DNA of 32,000 nucleotides from Coprobacillaceae bacterium (lineage in GTDB: Bacteria; Bacillota_I; Bacilli_A; Erysipelotrichales; Coprobacillaceae): positions 1,530,001 through 1,562,000 of the forward strand of contig OY776328.1 in assembly GCA_963675515.1 (NCBI GenBank). Reading direction: 5' to 3'. Numbering within the stretch: position 1 is the first letter of the stretch; every line of letters starts with the position of its first letter. A program made the position numbers and the translations under genes. Under the pieces are notes generated by a model. The model was not told the DNA's origin. It did not search any database and was given only the letters and a program-made list of their open reading frames with translations. Shown here piece after piece: positions 1-9,350 of the stretch.

Positions 1-548
1 CCAAACAGGGTTTGTTCATCACCAATCCGCTAAGATGGGAGATAAAAAGAACGTATCCCAGTGAATATCGCGCGGCTGTCAAAACGATTGAGATAATCAA
101 TGAAGTCACCGGTATTGAACTGCCCGAAGACGAGGCTGGGACAATCGCCATCCATTTCTTCAATGCCCAGGATCCCAAGTCATTGGTCAATACCTCACTT
201 AAATCAGTGACGATAATCCAGGACATTGTCAAACTGATTCAAAATCAATTTGGGATAGAGTTTGATGAAAATGAAATGAACTACAATCGGATGATGACGC
301 ATCTTCGCTATTTTGTGAATAATATATTGAACGGCAGCAACCGCAATAAGACGATGCGGGATGACTTCCTGTACCAGTCCATCAGGCAGCAATATCCCGA
401 TATTTACAAGTGTGTGGAGCTGATTGAACGGTATATCGATCTAAAGGCCAAAAAACCCGTTCTCGATGAGGAAAAGATGTATTTGATGATCCATATTCAG
501 CGAGTAGTTGAAAAAGAGAAAATCAAAGGAGAAAGAAATGAGTTATAA
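1..548 (+). CDS. BglG/LicT-family PRD-domain transcription antiterminator, C-terminal part (5' end outside the window)
   Basis: The frame is open from the window edge, so the TTG at 12 is only the first in-frame start. PRD-like segments are present (AIHFFNAQ, MMTHLRYFVNN, YLMIHIQR). The stop at 546-548 overlaps the ATG of the following beta-glucoside EIIBC gene by 11 nt. Confidence 0.75.
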   Translation, partial: KQGLFITNPLRWEIKRTYPSEYRAAVKTIEIINEVTGIELPEDEAGTIAIHFFNAQDPKSLVNTSLKSVTIIQDIVKLIQNQFGIEFDENEMNYNRMMTHLRYFVNNILNGSNRNKTMRDDFLYQSIRQQYPDIYKCVELIERYIDLKAKKPVLDEEKMYLMIHIQRVVEKEKIKGERNEL

Positions 549-1896
549 AGAATACTGCAGTGAACTGGTTGAACATGTTGGCGGCGTTGCCAATATTGCC
601 AGTGTCACTCATTGCGCAACCAGATTGCGTTTCATGCTTGTTGATAGAAGCAAAGTTGACAAAGCTAAAGTTGAGGCTTTGCCAAATACAATTGGAACGG
701 TGTCGGCTCAAGGTACCTTTCAGGTTGTAATCGGACCGAACGTAGCCGATGTTTATGATGAATTAAGCAAGATAGAAGGTATCACCACTGATGGAACGGT
801 ATCTGACGATGAAGGGGATGCAAAATCCGGAATCGATCGCTTTTTGGGGACGATTTCAGCTATCTTTACCCCTTATATTCCGGTTCTGGCATCGGCTGGA
901 ATAATCAAAGGGTTGCTGGCTCTTTGCATCAATTTGGGATGGCTGAGCGTCACGTCAAACACATATGCGATCCTCTTTGCTGCCGGCAACGCCCTTATAT
1001 ATTTCTTCCCGATCCTTCTGGCATTTACCGCGGCTAAAAAGTTTGGAGCTAATCCTTACATCGGGGCAGTCATCGGGGCAGCATTGATGGAACCGAACTT
1101 GACCGCCATAAATGTCACAGGTCAAAACATTGATTTTCTAGGTATCCCTTTTGTCGCCCAATCATTCCAGAATACAGTCATTCCGATCATCCTGGGAATG
1201 TTTGCCTACTCATATCTGGAAAAGGGATTGAAAAAGTATCTGCCTAAATCGACGCAACTGATGCTTGTTCCTTTCATTTCACTGGTGGTTATGGTTCCTG
1301 GTATTTTATTGATCTTAGGGCCGATTGGGGCACTGTTGGCCAATGGAATCGCCAGTCTGTATTCTTGGCTGCTTTCTTTTGGAACAATCCCGATCAGCCT
1401 GATTTTCGGAGGCTTTTTCATCTATGTGATCATGCTGGGGATGCACTGGGTGGTATTGCCGATTCAGCTTTCCATCCTGGCGACCCAAGGGATGGAATAT
1501 TCATTGTGCGCCGGGGGAATGGGAAACTATTCGCTGCTGGGGGTCACCTTGGCTGTGCTGCTTATAAGCAAAAACCAAGAGACTAAAACTATGGCTGGTT
1601 CCGCTTCATTTGTAAACTTCCTGTCTGGGATCACCGAACCGGGACTTTATGGAATCATTTTCAAGAACAAGAAATACTTTATCGCCCTTACTTTAGGCGG
1701 TCTGGCTGGAGGACTGACTTGCGGAATTTTTGGATGTTACATCACCGCTTTTGCCTTCACCGGCCTATTCGGTCTGCCGGCATTTGCATCTTCGCCTACA
1801 GCTACTTACTACTTTATTGCAGTGGCAGTCACAATCGCAGTATCGTTTTGTACAACGTTTGTTCTTGAAAAAGGATTCAAGCCAAAAAAAGCTTAG
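538..1896 (+). CDS. PTS beta-glucoside-family transporter, EIIBC component
   Basis: The N-terminal EIIB domain carries the phospho-cysteine motif VTHCATRLRF, followed by a long polytopic EIIC region. I prefer ATG 538 (MSYKEYCSELVEHVGG), preceded by AAAGGAG at 526-532, over the track start at 508. Confidence 0.9.
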   Translation: MSYKEYCSELVEHVGGVANIASVTHCATRLRFMLVDRSKVDKAKVEALPNTIGTVSAQGTFQVVIGPNVADVYDELSKIEGITTDGTVSDDEGDAKSGIDRFLGTISAIFTPYIPVLASAGIIKGLLALCINLGWLSVTSNTYAILFAAGNALIYFFPILLAFTAAKKFGANPYIGAVIGAALMEPNLTAINVTGQNIDFLGIPFVAQSFQNTVIPIILGMFAYSYLEKGLKKYLPKSTQLMLVPFISLVVMVPGILLILGPIGALLANGIASLYSWLLSFGTIPISLIFGGFFIYVIMLGMHWVVLPIQLSILATQGMEYSLCAGGMGNYSLLGVTLAVLLISKNQETKTMAGSASFVNFLSGITEPGLYGIIFKNKKYFIALTLGGLAGGLTCGIFGCYITAFAFTGLFGLPAFASSPTATYYFIAVAVTIAVSFCTTFVLEKGFKPKKA

Positions 1897-1907
1897 GTCC
1901 AAACGTC

Positions 1908-2369
1908 TTGAAATCCAAAGGTATTGGCTCGCCGGTGTCAGGCGCTGTTGTGGATATCGTTGAAATCAACGATCCGGTCTTTTCAATGAAGCTGGTTGGA
2001 GATGGGGTAGCGATCCATCTTGACAACGGAAACGTGTATGCTCCTTGTAGCGGCAAAGTAACCGTGGTCCACTCGACCAAACATGCGATAGGAATCACCA
2101 GCGACAATGGTGACGATATATTGATACATCTCGGGCTCAATACTTCACGTTTGGACAATAAACATATCAGACTGTTTATCCACCAGAATGACATTGTTCA
2201 AAAAGGTGATCTGATTGCCAGATTCGATTATGAATCATTGCCTGAAGACATCGATCCTGTTGTGGTATTGGTGGTTACCAATCTCACCGGCAGCGAATAT
2301 CTTGAAAAAAAGATCGACCGCCATATTTATGCTGGCGAGTCCATATTTGAAATTAGACAAGGAAACTGA
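1908..2369 (+). CDS. PTS EIIA (glucose-family) domain protein, copy 1
   Basis: EIIA-Glc hallmarks are present: GSPVSGAVV...DPVFS..LVGDGVAI, TKHAIGI and ILIHLGLNT, so both conserved His are retained. The second motif is divergent (GLNTS rather than GIDTV). The start is TTG with no convincing SD, 11 nt after the EIIBC stop. Confidence 0.75.
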   Translation: MKSKGIGSPVSGAVVDIVEINDPVFSMKLVGDGVAIHLDNGNVYAPCSGKVTVVHSTKHAIGITSDNGDDILIHLGLNTSRLDNKHIRLFIHQNDIVQKGDLIARFDYESLPEDIDPVVVLVVTNLTGSEYLEKKIDRHIYAGESIFEIRQGN

Positions 2370-2399
2370 TGTTTCCTTGTTGTTTTATAGGAGAATATT

Positions 2400-4286
2400 A
2401 TGAAATACGACAAATTATTTTCACCAATCAAAATAAACCAGCTGATGGTTAAAAACCGGATAGTGGCGGCTCCTGTGGGCGACACTTTCGAGGACAAAGC
2501 ATTGGGCGGGGCGGGAATCGTCATCGCCGGGCACGCCATTGTCCAGTACGGCAAATCAAGTTTTGCTTCAGGTGATGAACCTGACATCTTTTCAAAATAT
2601 GAGATTGAAAATACCGTTAGCCGCGTCCGCAGGATTCATATGGGTGGGGCCAAGGCATCCATTGAAATTTTTCATGGCGGACTTTATGCCCGGGTTCTCG
2701 ATCATGCGTACGGTCCCCAGGATGACATCCGCGAAGATGGGGTAGTCATCAAGGGGCTGGATGACGATTCAATGCAGGAAGTGTTGAATTGTTACGCAAC
2801 TACAGCCAAAAACGCCAAGGAGGCGGGATTCGACATGATCTTCATGCATTTTGGCCACGGCTGGCTACCGGCGCAGTTTCTTTCGCCCTTGTTTAACAAG
2901 CGTGATGATGAATATGGCGGCAGCTTCGAAAATCGGGCGCGATTTCCATTGGAAATCCTTAAAGCGGTCAGGGCGGCTGTAGGTAAAGATTATCCTATCG
3001 ACATGCGTATCAGTGCATACGAGTGGGTCGAAGGATCAATTGATTTCGAAGATGTCAAAGAATTCATCAAACTGGCTCAAAAGTACATTGATACCGTTCA
3101 AATATCAGCCGGGTTGGACATCAATCACGAAGGAAACGTCCATATGGCGACAACCAATTTTGAAGAACATATGCCCAATGTGCATTGGGCGCAGCAGATA
3201 AAAGAATGCGTGGAGATCCCGGTGTCGGTTGTCGGGGCCGTTTTGAGCGCCAGGGAGGCAAACGAGGTCATATCTCAAGGAAAAGTTGATATGGTGGCAT
3301 TTGGCCGGGCTTTTATCGCCGACCCATACTGGCCAAGAAAAATCCTCGAAAACCGTGAAGAAGATGTTGTTCCATGCCTTCGCTGTTTGCAATGTTATCA
3401 CATTGCCACCAACCGCAAGAATGTCGGCTGTTCAGTTAACCCGCGCTACACTAATGAAGAATTCATCCCTAAGAATGTCGAACCGGCTAAAACAGTCAAA
3501 AATGTTGCCATAATCGGAGGCGGGCCGGCTGGAATGCAAGCGGCGATAACTGCATCTAAACGAGGCCATAAGGTTATCTTATTCGAAAAAAACGATCATC
3601 TTGGTGGCCAGATCGCCAATGTGGCCAAGGAACACTACAAAGAAGACGTCAGACGCTTCTATCATTATCTGATTGGACAGGTTGGAAAATCCAATATCGA
3701 TATTCGTTTAAATGAAGAAGCCACACCTGAAAAGCTAAGGAATCTTGGCCTGGACACTATCGTGATTGCGGTTGGCGCTTCTCAAATAATACCTCCGATT
3801 AATGGCATTGACAGTGAGAGGGTGATCGATGCGATATCCGCAATCAGGAAACCGGAGAATATCGGGGATAATGTTATTGTGATCGGTGGGGGGACTATCG
3901 GAGCGGAAATAGGATTGGAACTCTCACTTATAGAAAACAAGACCGTCAATATTATTGAGATTGGAAACGAGCTGGCGCCCCAAGGCAATTTGCTTTACAA
4001 GATAGCCTTGAATCAAAAAGTAAGACAGGCGAAAACATTGACGGTCAACCTGAATGCCAGATGTCAGGAAATCACCAAAAACAGTGTTGTTATGGAAAAG
4101 GGTGGCCGGATTCAGGAAATTCTATATGATACGGTTATCTACAGCACCGGACTTAGAGCCAATCGTGAATTGGCGCAATCATTTTATGGAATAACACCCG
4201 ATGTTGCGGTAATCGGTGATTGTGTTGCCCCAAGGAAAATCATGGAAGCAATCTACGAAGGACATTCCTTTGCGTTGAACATATAG
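2400..4286 (+). CDS. Fe-S flavoprotein oxidoreductase of the OYE-like NADH:flavin oxidoreductase / 2,4-dienoyl-CoA reductase / 2-enoate reductase family
   Basis: The N-terminal TIM-barrel OYE-like region contains FDMIFMHFGHGWLPAQFLSP..N.R.DEYGGS.ENRARF. A C-x2-C-x2-C-x11-C cluster motif (CLRCLQC...GC) is encoded at 3375-3431. The C-terminal Rossmann region has IIGGGPAGMQAA...LFEK...LGGQ. SD AGGAG lies upstream of ATG 2400. Confidence 0.85.
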   Translation: MKYDKLFSPIKINQLMVKNRIVAAPVGDTFEDKALGGAGIVIAGHAIVQYGKSSFASGDEPDIFSKYEIENTVSRVRRIHMGGAKASIEIFHGGLYARVLDHAYGPQDDIREDGVVIKGLDDDSMQEVLNCYATTAKNAKEAGFDMIFMHFGHGWLPAQFLSPLFNKRDDEYGGSFENRARFPLEILKAVRAAVGKDYPIDMRISAYEWVEGSIDFEDVKEFIKLAQKYIDTVQISAGLDINHEGNVHMATTNFEEHMPNVHWAQQIKECVEIPVSVVGAVLSAREANEVISQGKVDMVAFGRAFIADPYWPRKILENREEDVVPCLRCLQCYHIATNRKNVGCSVNPRYTNEEFIPKNVEPAKTVKNVAIIGGGPAGMQAAITASKRGHKVILFEKNDHLGGQIANVAKEHYKEDVRRFYHYLIGQVGKSNIDIRLNEEATPEKLRNLGLDTIVIAVGASQIIPPINGIDSERVIDAISAIRKPENIGDNVIVIGGGTIGAEIGLELSLIENKTVNIIEIGNELAPQGNLLYKIALNQKVRQAKTLTVNLNARCQEITKNSVVMEKGGRIQEILYDTVIYSTGLRANRELAQSFYGITPDVAVIGDCVAPRKIMEAIYEGHSFALNI

Positions 4287-4296
4287 AGGTGGTACG

Positions 4297-4779
4297 ATGA
4301 TATTTTTTAAAAAGACAAACAAGATAATTGAACTGAGCTGTCCTATCAGCGGGAATGTGAAATCGATTGAAGATGCACCTGATGAAGTCTTTGCCAAAAA
4401 AATGATGGGTGATGGAGTGATTATTGAACCTGTCGATGGGAAGCTGTATGCTCCATGTGATGGTGTGGTATCTATGGTTTTCCCAACCAAGCATGCGATT
4501 GGGATCAGGTTGGAAAATAAAGCCGCGCTTCTGATCCATTTTGGGATTGATACAGTCAACCTGGAAGGAAAAGGATTCAAATGCGATCTGCAAGTAAACC
4601 AGAAAATAAAAAAAGGCGATCTCCTGCTCGAGGCGGACCTGGAATACATCAGGTCAAATGCAACAAGCGATGTGGTGATAATGGCATTAAGCGAGCTGCC
4701 AGAAGGCTCATCCCTGACAAAAGGACTCGGGTTCCACGATGCGCTTGTTTCAACCATAGTAAGAATTGAAAGAATCTGA
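4297..4779 (+). CDS. PTS EIIA (glucose-family) domain protein, copy 2 (canonical motifs)
   Basis: Contains PISGNV..IEDAPDEVFA.KMMGDGVIIEP, PTKHAIGI and LIHFGIDTVNLEGKGF. SD AGAGGTGG lies upstream of ATG 4297. Confidence 0.85.
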   Translation: MIFFKKTNKIIELSCPISGNVKSIEDAPDEVFAKKMMGDGVIIEPVDGKLYAPCDGVVSMVFPTKHAIGIRLENKAALLIHFGIDTVNLEGKGFKCDLQVNQKIKKGDLLLEADLEYIRSNATSDVVIMALSELPEGSSLTKGLGFHDALVSTIVRIERI

Positions 4780-5376
4780 TCATAGTTCTTTGCGGGCAGC
4801 TTTGTAGAACCTCAATTTTTGATTTGAATGACCATAAAACACAGACAGCAATTCTGTTGGTTCGAGAAAATAAGGTAACTGATCTGAAATGCTGGGATTG
4901 TTGGATTATTAGGCGACCAAATTTCGACATTTTGCCACTGGAATTCTCGACCTGGCTATGTGGTCATTCAAAATAGCTTTCAGATGGGATATTTTTCAAT
5001 ATACGGGTTAAGCAACATGCAAATTCAGAAAAATCACATCTGGAAATTAGCCACAAATTATTTTCTTGAATTAAACTAATTGCGATGCGGGGTGCGCAAA
5101 AATACAAAAACATAGATGCTGGTTTAAAAATATATCACACTGACAGCATAGTGTTTGAGGGGACACCCTCAATTGAATGTATTTTCTAAAATAGGCAATA
5201 CTTATTTCAAAGCGGATAATTTGGTGAAATTGGGCTACGATTTGAACTCGGAAGATAATAACCTAAGTGTGTATATTCTTGAGTTGTTGGGAACTGAAAA
5301 AATCTGATATACGTGAAAACATCCCATGAATCCAAAAATTCAAATCTGATTCATTGATAGTATGGACAAGATAGTC

Positions 5377-5424
5377 AAAAGAGCATGATTTCAACCTTGA
5401 TTGCAGTTGATATCGTGCTCTTTT
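5377..5424. terminator. Bidirectional rho-independent terminator, most likely ending the minus-strand yhaO/yhaN-like operon
   Basis: The arms AAAAGAGCATGAT and ATCGTGCTCTTTT pair with one mismatch/G-U. An A-run lies on one side and a T-run on the other. The hairpin sits ~55 nt downstream of the stop at 5479. Confidence 0.6.
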
Positions 5425-5478
5425 GTTTGTTTCGTATTGAAAAATGTATTTAAATAATGTTTCTGTGTATTCTTATTT

Positions 5479-8109
5479 CTAGGCGATCAGTCTGCTGTCA
5501 TGACAAATGAAATAGATGATCTGGTATTTTTCACTTATCTTATTGATCAGTTCTTTGGCGCTGTCTATTCGCTCGTTGTCAAGATTGATAAATGGGTCGT
5601 CGAGTATCAATAAAGGTGCATCAACGTTCTTATACACGGCATCCACCAGGGAAAGTCGCATACACAGCTGGATCAGGTCCTGCATACCGGTGCTAAGCTC
5701 AGCGCTATCATGCAATTCACCATTCTCTTCCAGTTTTACCTTTAAATCAATATCGACCTGATAAGCGTCAGGCTTGTTGGCACTTAAGGCGGCAAGATAA
5801 GTCTTTAATGATTCATTCATCTCGCCCATATACTTGGATGCCAGGCTTTCCTTGGCATCGTTCATACAACTCATTGCCAGCGACAACAATTCATATTGCT
5901 TTTCAAGTTCCGCCTTTTCTTCAACGTTTTGAGCTATCTGGGATTCGATATCTTCAATCTTATCGGCATTGATACTTAACTCATTAATTTGGCTGTTGAA
6001 TTTGGCGATATTTTCAATGATTTCAGATCGTTTTGAACTTAGTTCTCTTTGCCGTTGAGACAAGCTGTCTTTCAATGACATATCATCCTGTTCTGGCAAT
6101 TCAAGTGAATCTAATTGGGTAATGTCATGGTTTTGAGAGAAGTTGTCGACTCGTCTTTTAATATCATTGAAACTCAATATAGCGGCTTTGTAATCCTGGA
6201 ATCTGTTGTTGAGATCTTCAACGGCATCTTTGATTGATTCAGGCAACCCGCCAAAGTACTTGATCATCATACTATCCAAATATGATTGGGTGCTTTCCAA
6301 TTTTTTTGTTGCGCCCGCCAAGGATTCATTTTTTTCAAATAGCTTATGGAAATGATCGATATCACTTCTTAATGCCCGCAGCGAAGCCTGATAATCATCT
6401 AAAGGATTTTGCATATCGTATTTCGACAGAAATTCATCAACTGCTTTCTTCACTGCAACGATATCTTTTTCCAACTGCACCAGAGCAGCTGATTTTGTCT
6501 CGATTTCTTTTTTCAAGCGATTGTAATCGGACAGCTCGGTCAGGATGTTTGCCAAGGCTGCCGTGATGTTGTTATCGCCTTCACCCAGCTGTGCCAAAAA
6601 CGCTTTGGTGTTGTTTTCGATAGTTGTCTTGTTTTGTAGATCTTTATCCAGCTGTTTGATCAAATCATCTCGTTCACTATCGTTTTGATTGACTTTTGTG
6701 TTTTTATGATTGCTTGGCGAATTTTTCAATGAGTAAACAATCAGCCCTATGCCTGCCACCACCAAAACCCCTGTTATTGCTATGGAAACCAGAACTGCAA
6801 CTATACCTAATAGTGCAATAACGATTCCTGCAATCAGTAAAGGGCTTATTTTGCTTTTTTCAGTTTTTTGTTGCTGGGAATCGATTTCCCTGATTTTGTC
6901 TTTGGCTGTGGAAATTCGCTCATTAAGGTCATTGACTTGTTGGTAGCTGTTGAGACAATTTTTCACGTTATCGACAGATACCTGCTTGTCTTTAAACTTG
7001 CTATCCAGATAATCATATCTATTTGATGTTTCTTCACCGATAACATATTTGCTTTTGTCCGTATTGAGATTTGAAAGCTTGGAAATGTTGTTGTTGCAAA
7101 CCTCCAGTTGATCTGATCTAGGGACACCGCTCTCGAATTTCTTAGCGAGATTGTCAAGTGTGTCTCTTTCTTCAGGCGACATATCAAATTGGCCTTTGAT
7201 TTCAATCTGGGATTTCAATTCTGAAAGCTTGTCGTTAATTTCTTTGATTTCCAGCTGAAGATCATTCAACTCAACGTTATCACCATCAAAGAATCTGTGG
7301 AGCTCTGCAAACTCTTTTTCCTTCTGGTCGAATTCCTTCTTCAGCTCGATGTACTGTCTTTTTTGTTGATAGAGGAGCAGCTTGTCTTGTTGGGCAACAA
7401 TGGCATCCATTTCTTTATCGACTGCATTCTTATCAGCTTTCTCATTATCGATCCATCCTGAAATTGTATCAATGCTTTCAGCGTCGGCGATGCATTTGTC
7501 CAATTGTTGTTTCAGTTTGCCAATTTGGTTGTCTTTATCATTAAGCAGCCCTTTTTTTCCTCTTTTGGCTTTGAACTCGGTTGCCTTTGATTCAAGGAGG
7601 TTTACAACCTCTTGAGAGCGGTCCATGTCGGCTTCTTTGTCGTCTAATCCACCAAGCTTTTGAGAGATGATTGAGTTAAGCAAATCGTTGCCCTTTAATG
7701 TGATGAAAGCAGTGTTTTCATAAGATTCACGATCAACTCCCCAAATTTCATTTCCTATGTCTTCAGTGAAATCAGTGGTGACAAGGTTGGTTGCCAGATT
7801 GATAATCTCAAAAGTGTCAGTTTTAGCAGTCTTGCCAAAGAATCTGGTCATCTTGTATTTCTTGTTATTGTGCTCGAATACGATATTTCCACCTAATTTC
7901 CCGCCATTCCATGGATAATAGGATTTTCTTTCATTGCCTTTCTTTTTTGTACTATAGTCAAGTCCATAGAACATCGCTTTTAAGAAGGCTGCCAGTGTAG
8001 TCTTGCCCCAGCCGTTATCCTGGTAGATCACGTTTAATCCTTCTTCAAAAACATGATTGTATTTTGATAACCTGCCGAAATTTTCGATGTGGCAACTGAT
8101 CAGTTTCAT
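5479..8109 (-). CDS. yhaN: YhaN/SbcC-like AAA ATPase with long coiled-coil regions and a central hydrophobic (transmembrane) segment
   Basis: The N-terminus MKLISCHIENFGRLS...NGWGKTTLAAFLKAMFYG carries a Walker A. The C-terminus has LSTGMQDLIQLCMRLSL (signature-like) and LLILDDPFINLD (Walker B). There are extensive heptad-like K/E/Q/L-rich stretches. The hydrophobic block ISPLLIAGIVIALLGIVAVLVSIAITGVLVVAGIGLIVY sits mid-protein. The ATG overlaps the upstream gene stop (ATGA coupling). Confidence 0.8.
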   Translation of the reverse strand: MKLISCHIENFGRLSKYNHVFEEGLNVIYQDNGWGKTTLAAFLKAMFYGLDYSTKKKGNERKSYYPWNGGKLGGNIVFEHNNKKYKMTRFFGKTAKTDTFEIINLATNLVTTDFTEDIGNEIWGVDRESYENTAFITLKGNDLLNSIISQKLGGLDDKEADMDRSQEVVNLLESKATEFKAKRGKKGLLNDKDNQIGKLKQQLDKCIADAESIDTISGWIDNEKADKNAVDKEMDAIVAQQDKLLLYQQKRQYIELKKEFDQKEKEFAELHRFFDGDNVELNDLQLEIKEINDKLSELKSQIEIKGQFDMSPEERDTLDNLAKKFESGVPRSDQLEVCNNNISKLSNLNTDKSKYVIGEETSNRYDYLDSKFKDKQVSVDNVKNCLNSYQQVNDLNERISTAKDKIREIDSQQQKTEKSKISPLLIAGIVIALLGIVAVLVSIAITGVLVVAGIGLIVYSLKNSPSNHKNTKVNQNDSERDDLIKQLDKDLQNKTTIENNTKAFLAQLGEGDNNITAALANILTELSDYNRLKKEIETKSAALVQLEKDIVAVKKAVDEFLSKYDMQNPLDDYQASLRALRSDIDHFHKLFEKNESLAGATKKLESTQSYLDSMMIKYFGGLPESIKDAVEDLNNRFQDYKAAILSFNDIKRRVDNFSQNHDITQLDSLELPEQDDMSLKDSLSQRQRELSSKRSEIIENIAKFNSQINELSINADKIEDIESQIAQNVEEKAELEKQYELLSLAMSCMNDAKESLASKYMGEMNESLKTYLAALSANKPDAYQVDIDLKVKLEENGELHDSAELSTGMQDLIQLCMRLSLVDAVYKNVDAPLLILDDPFINLDNERIDSAKELINKISEKYQIIYFICHDSRLIA

Positions 8110-9194
8110 TGGATTACCTCTTTTCCCAGGATTGCATTGATACCCATGACAATGATTTTGCTCTTTTCTTCCGGATCAATGTTTAGGTCATTTACTTTTC
8201 GGATAAATTCACCCTTCAATGAAATGTCATTTTCATATTTAAGGTAATCTATTTTGATTTCGGTTTTGTCAACTACCCGGGTGAAATAAAACTGGCTCTT
8301 GAATTTTTGCTGCAAGTAACTGATATCAACCTCGGTTTCTTCAGAAATATCACCCTGAACGATGATTTTGACGATATCTGATTTAGGAATGTCTTTTACT
8401 ATATTCTCTATTGTTTGACCAAGCTGAGTCATATTAACATCATCGCTCATATCGACAAATACTTCGTGAAATTTTCGTCTGGCAAACTCGCTATGGAAAG
8501 TTTTAGTGATTTTGTTTCCCGAAATATCTAACAGGACAAATCCCTTTGTACCGCATTCATCAAATCCGCGACCTTCAAGACATCCGGAATAGCAGTATTC
8601 TCCCCGATAGTCCAACTTTTCACATTTGTATTCATGAATATGACCAAGCGCGAGATAGTCGACGAACTTGTTTTTAAGAACCTCGATATTTATGTTCTCC
8701 GATTTGTTGTCACTTTGATAATTGCTCGTTTGTCCGTGAAGTACAACGATATTGACATCTTTTTCATTCAACAGAAGTTTTGAGTGAAAGTCAGTTGTAT
8801 TGTTCCCTTTAAATTCATAACCGGTGATGACAACATTGTCGTATCTGTAGCTTTTCCAAGAATCTGTGAATAGTTTCAGATTAGATGGAAGTGTGTCCAG
8901 ATTTTTGAAGAAATCATCGCTGTCATGATTTCCTTGCAGATAAAGAAAATCAATGGAGCTGTAAGTTTCGATCAGTTCCAGCACCCGGTCCTTGATTCTT
9001 TTCTGTCTGGTTTGTGGCGTATCGAACATGTCACCGGCAATGATGATGGCTCTTACATCGTTTGAAGAAGCGAACTTCACCATATCTCCAAATGTTTCGA
9101 GAATTTCCAGTCGCCTTTCCTTGGCTTGTTGTGTTGTCAGATGCGTCTCCATCTTTGAATCCAGATGGAGATCGGCACAATGAATAATCTTCAT
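8106..9194 (-). CDS. yhaO: YhaO/SbcD/Mre11-like metallophosphoesterase (DNA repair exonuclease family)
   Basis: Calcineurin-like phosphoesterase motifs are present: MKIIHCADLHLDS, IIAGDMFD, LQGNHD, VLHG, LGHIH. SD GAGGGAG lies upstream of ATG 9194, and the gene is translationally coupled to the ATPase gene. Confidence 0.85.
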   Translation of the reverse strand: MKIIHCADLHLDSKMETHLTTQQAKERRLEILETFGDMVKFASSNDVRAIIIAGDMFDTPQTRQKRIKDRVLELIETYSSIDFLYLQGNHDSDDFFKNLDTLPSNLKLFTDSWKSYRYDNVVITGYEFKGNNTTDFHSKLLLNEKDVNIVVLHGQTSNYQSDNKSENINIEVLKNKFVDYLALGHIHEYKCEKLDYRGEYCYSGCLEGRGFDECGTKGFVLLDISGNKITKTFHSEFARRKFHEVFVDMSDDVNMTQLGQTIENIVKDIPKSDIVKIIVQGDISEETEVDISYLQQKFKSQFYFTRVVDKTEIKIDYLKYENDISLKGEFIRKVNDLNIDPEEKSKIIVMGINAILGKEVIQ

Positions 9195-9321
9195 TAATTT
9201 CTCCCTCGTATTAAAATATTTTCATTCAAAAAACATATTAGCACATTAACGTAGATTCTATCAATAAAAATGGTATAAACCACAAATAATAAATTATATG
9301 TAACCACAATAGTCATTTTTA

Positions 9322-9350
9322 TTGTGTAATAAATATTACTGTGTTACAAT
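9322..9350 (+). promoter_or_regulatory. Putative sigma-A promoter for the small Cys-rich ORF/phosphatase cluster
   Basis: TTGTGT (9322-9327), a 17-nt spacer, then TACAAT (9345-9350) preceded by an extended TGn. Located in the divergent intergenic region. Confidence 0.35.

Noticed and set aside
508-537. Track start (508) for the EIIBC gene; likewise 9602, 14643, 21422 and 28359 for their genes
   Set aside because: Downstream ATGs with well-spaced SD sequences (538, 9626, 14661, 21437, 28344) give N-termini typical of the families. The upstream extensions overlap preceding genes or lack an SD.
4179-4757. 192-aa minus-strand ORF (and 4240..4593, 4649..4930)
   Set aside because: These are entirely antisense to the well-supported reductase 3' end and the second EIIA gene. 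They have no SD or family features, so they are shadow ORFs.
5479-9194. SbcC/SbcD-like pair as a novel defence system
   Set aside because: The architecture (TM-containing AAA/coiled-coil protein translationally coupled to an Mre11-like phosphoesterase) matches the conserved Firmicutes YhaN/YhaO repair pair. Nothing in the sequence argues for a defence role.
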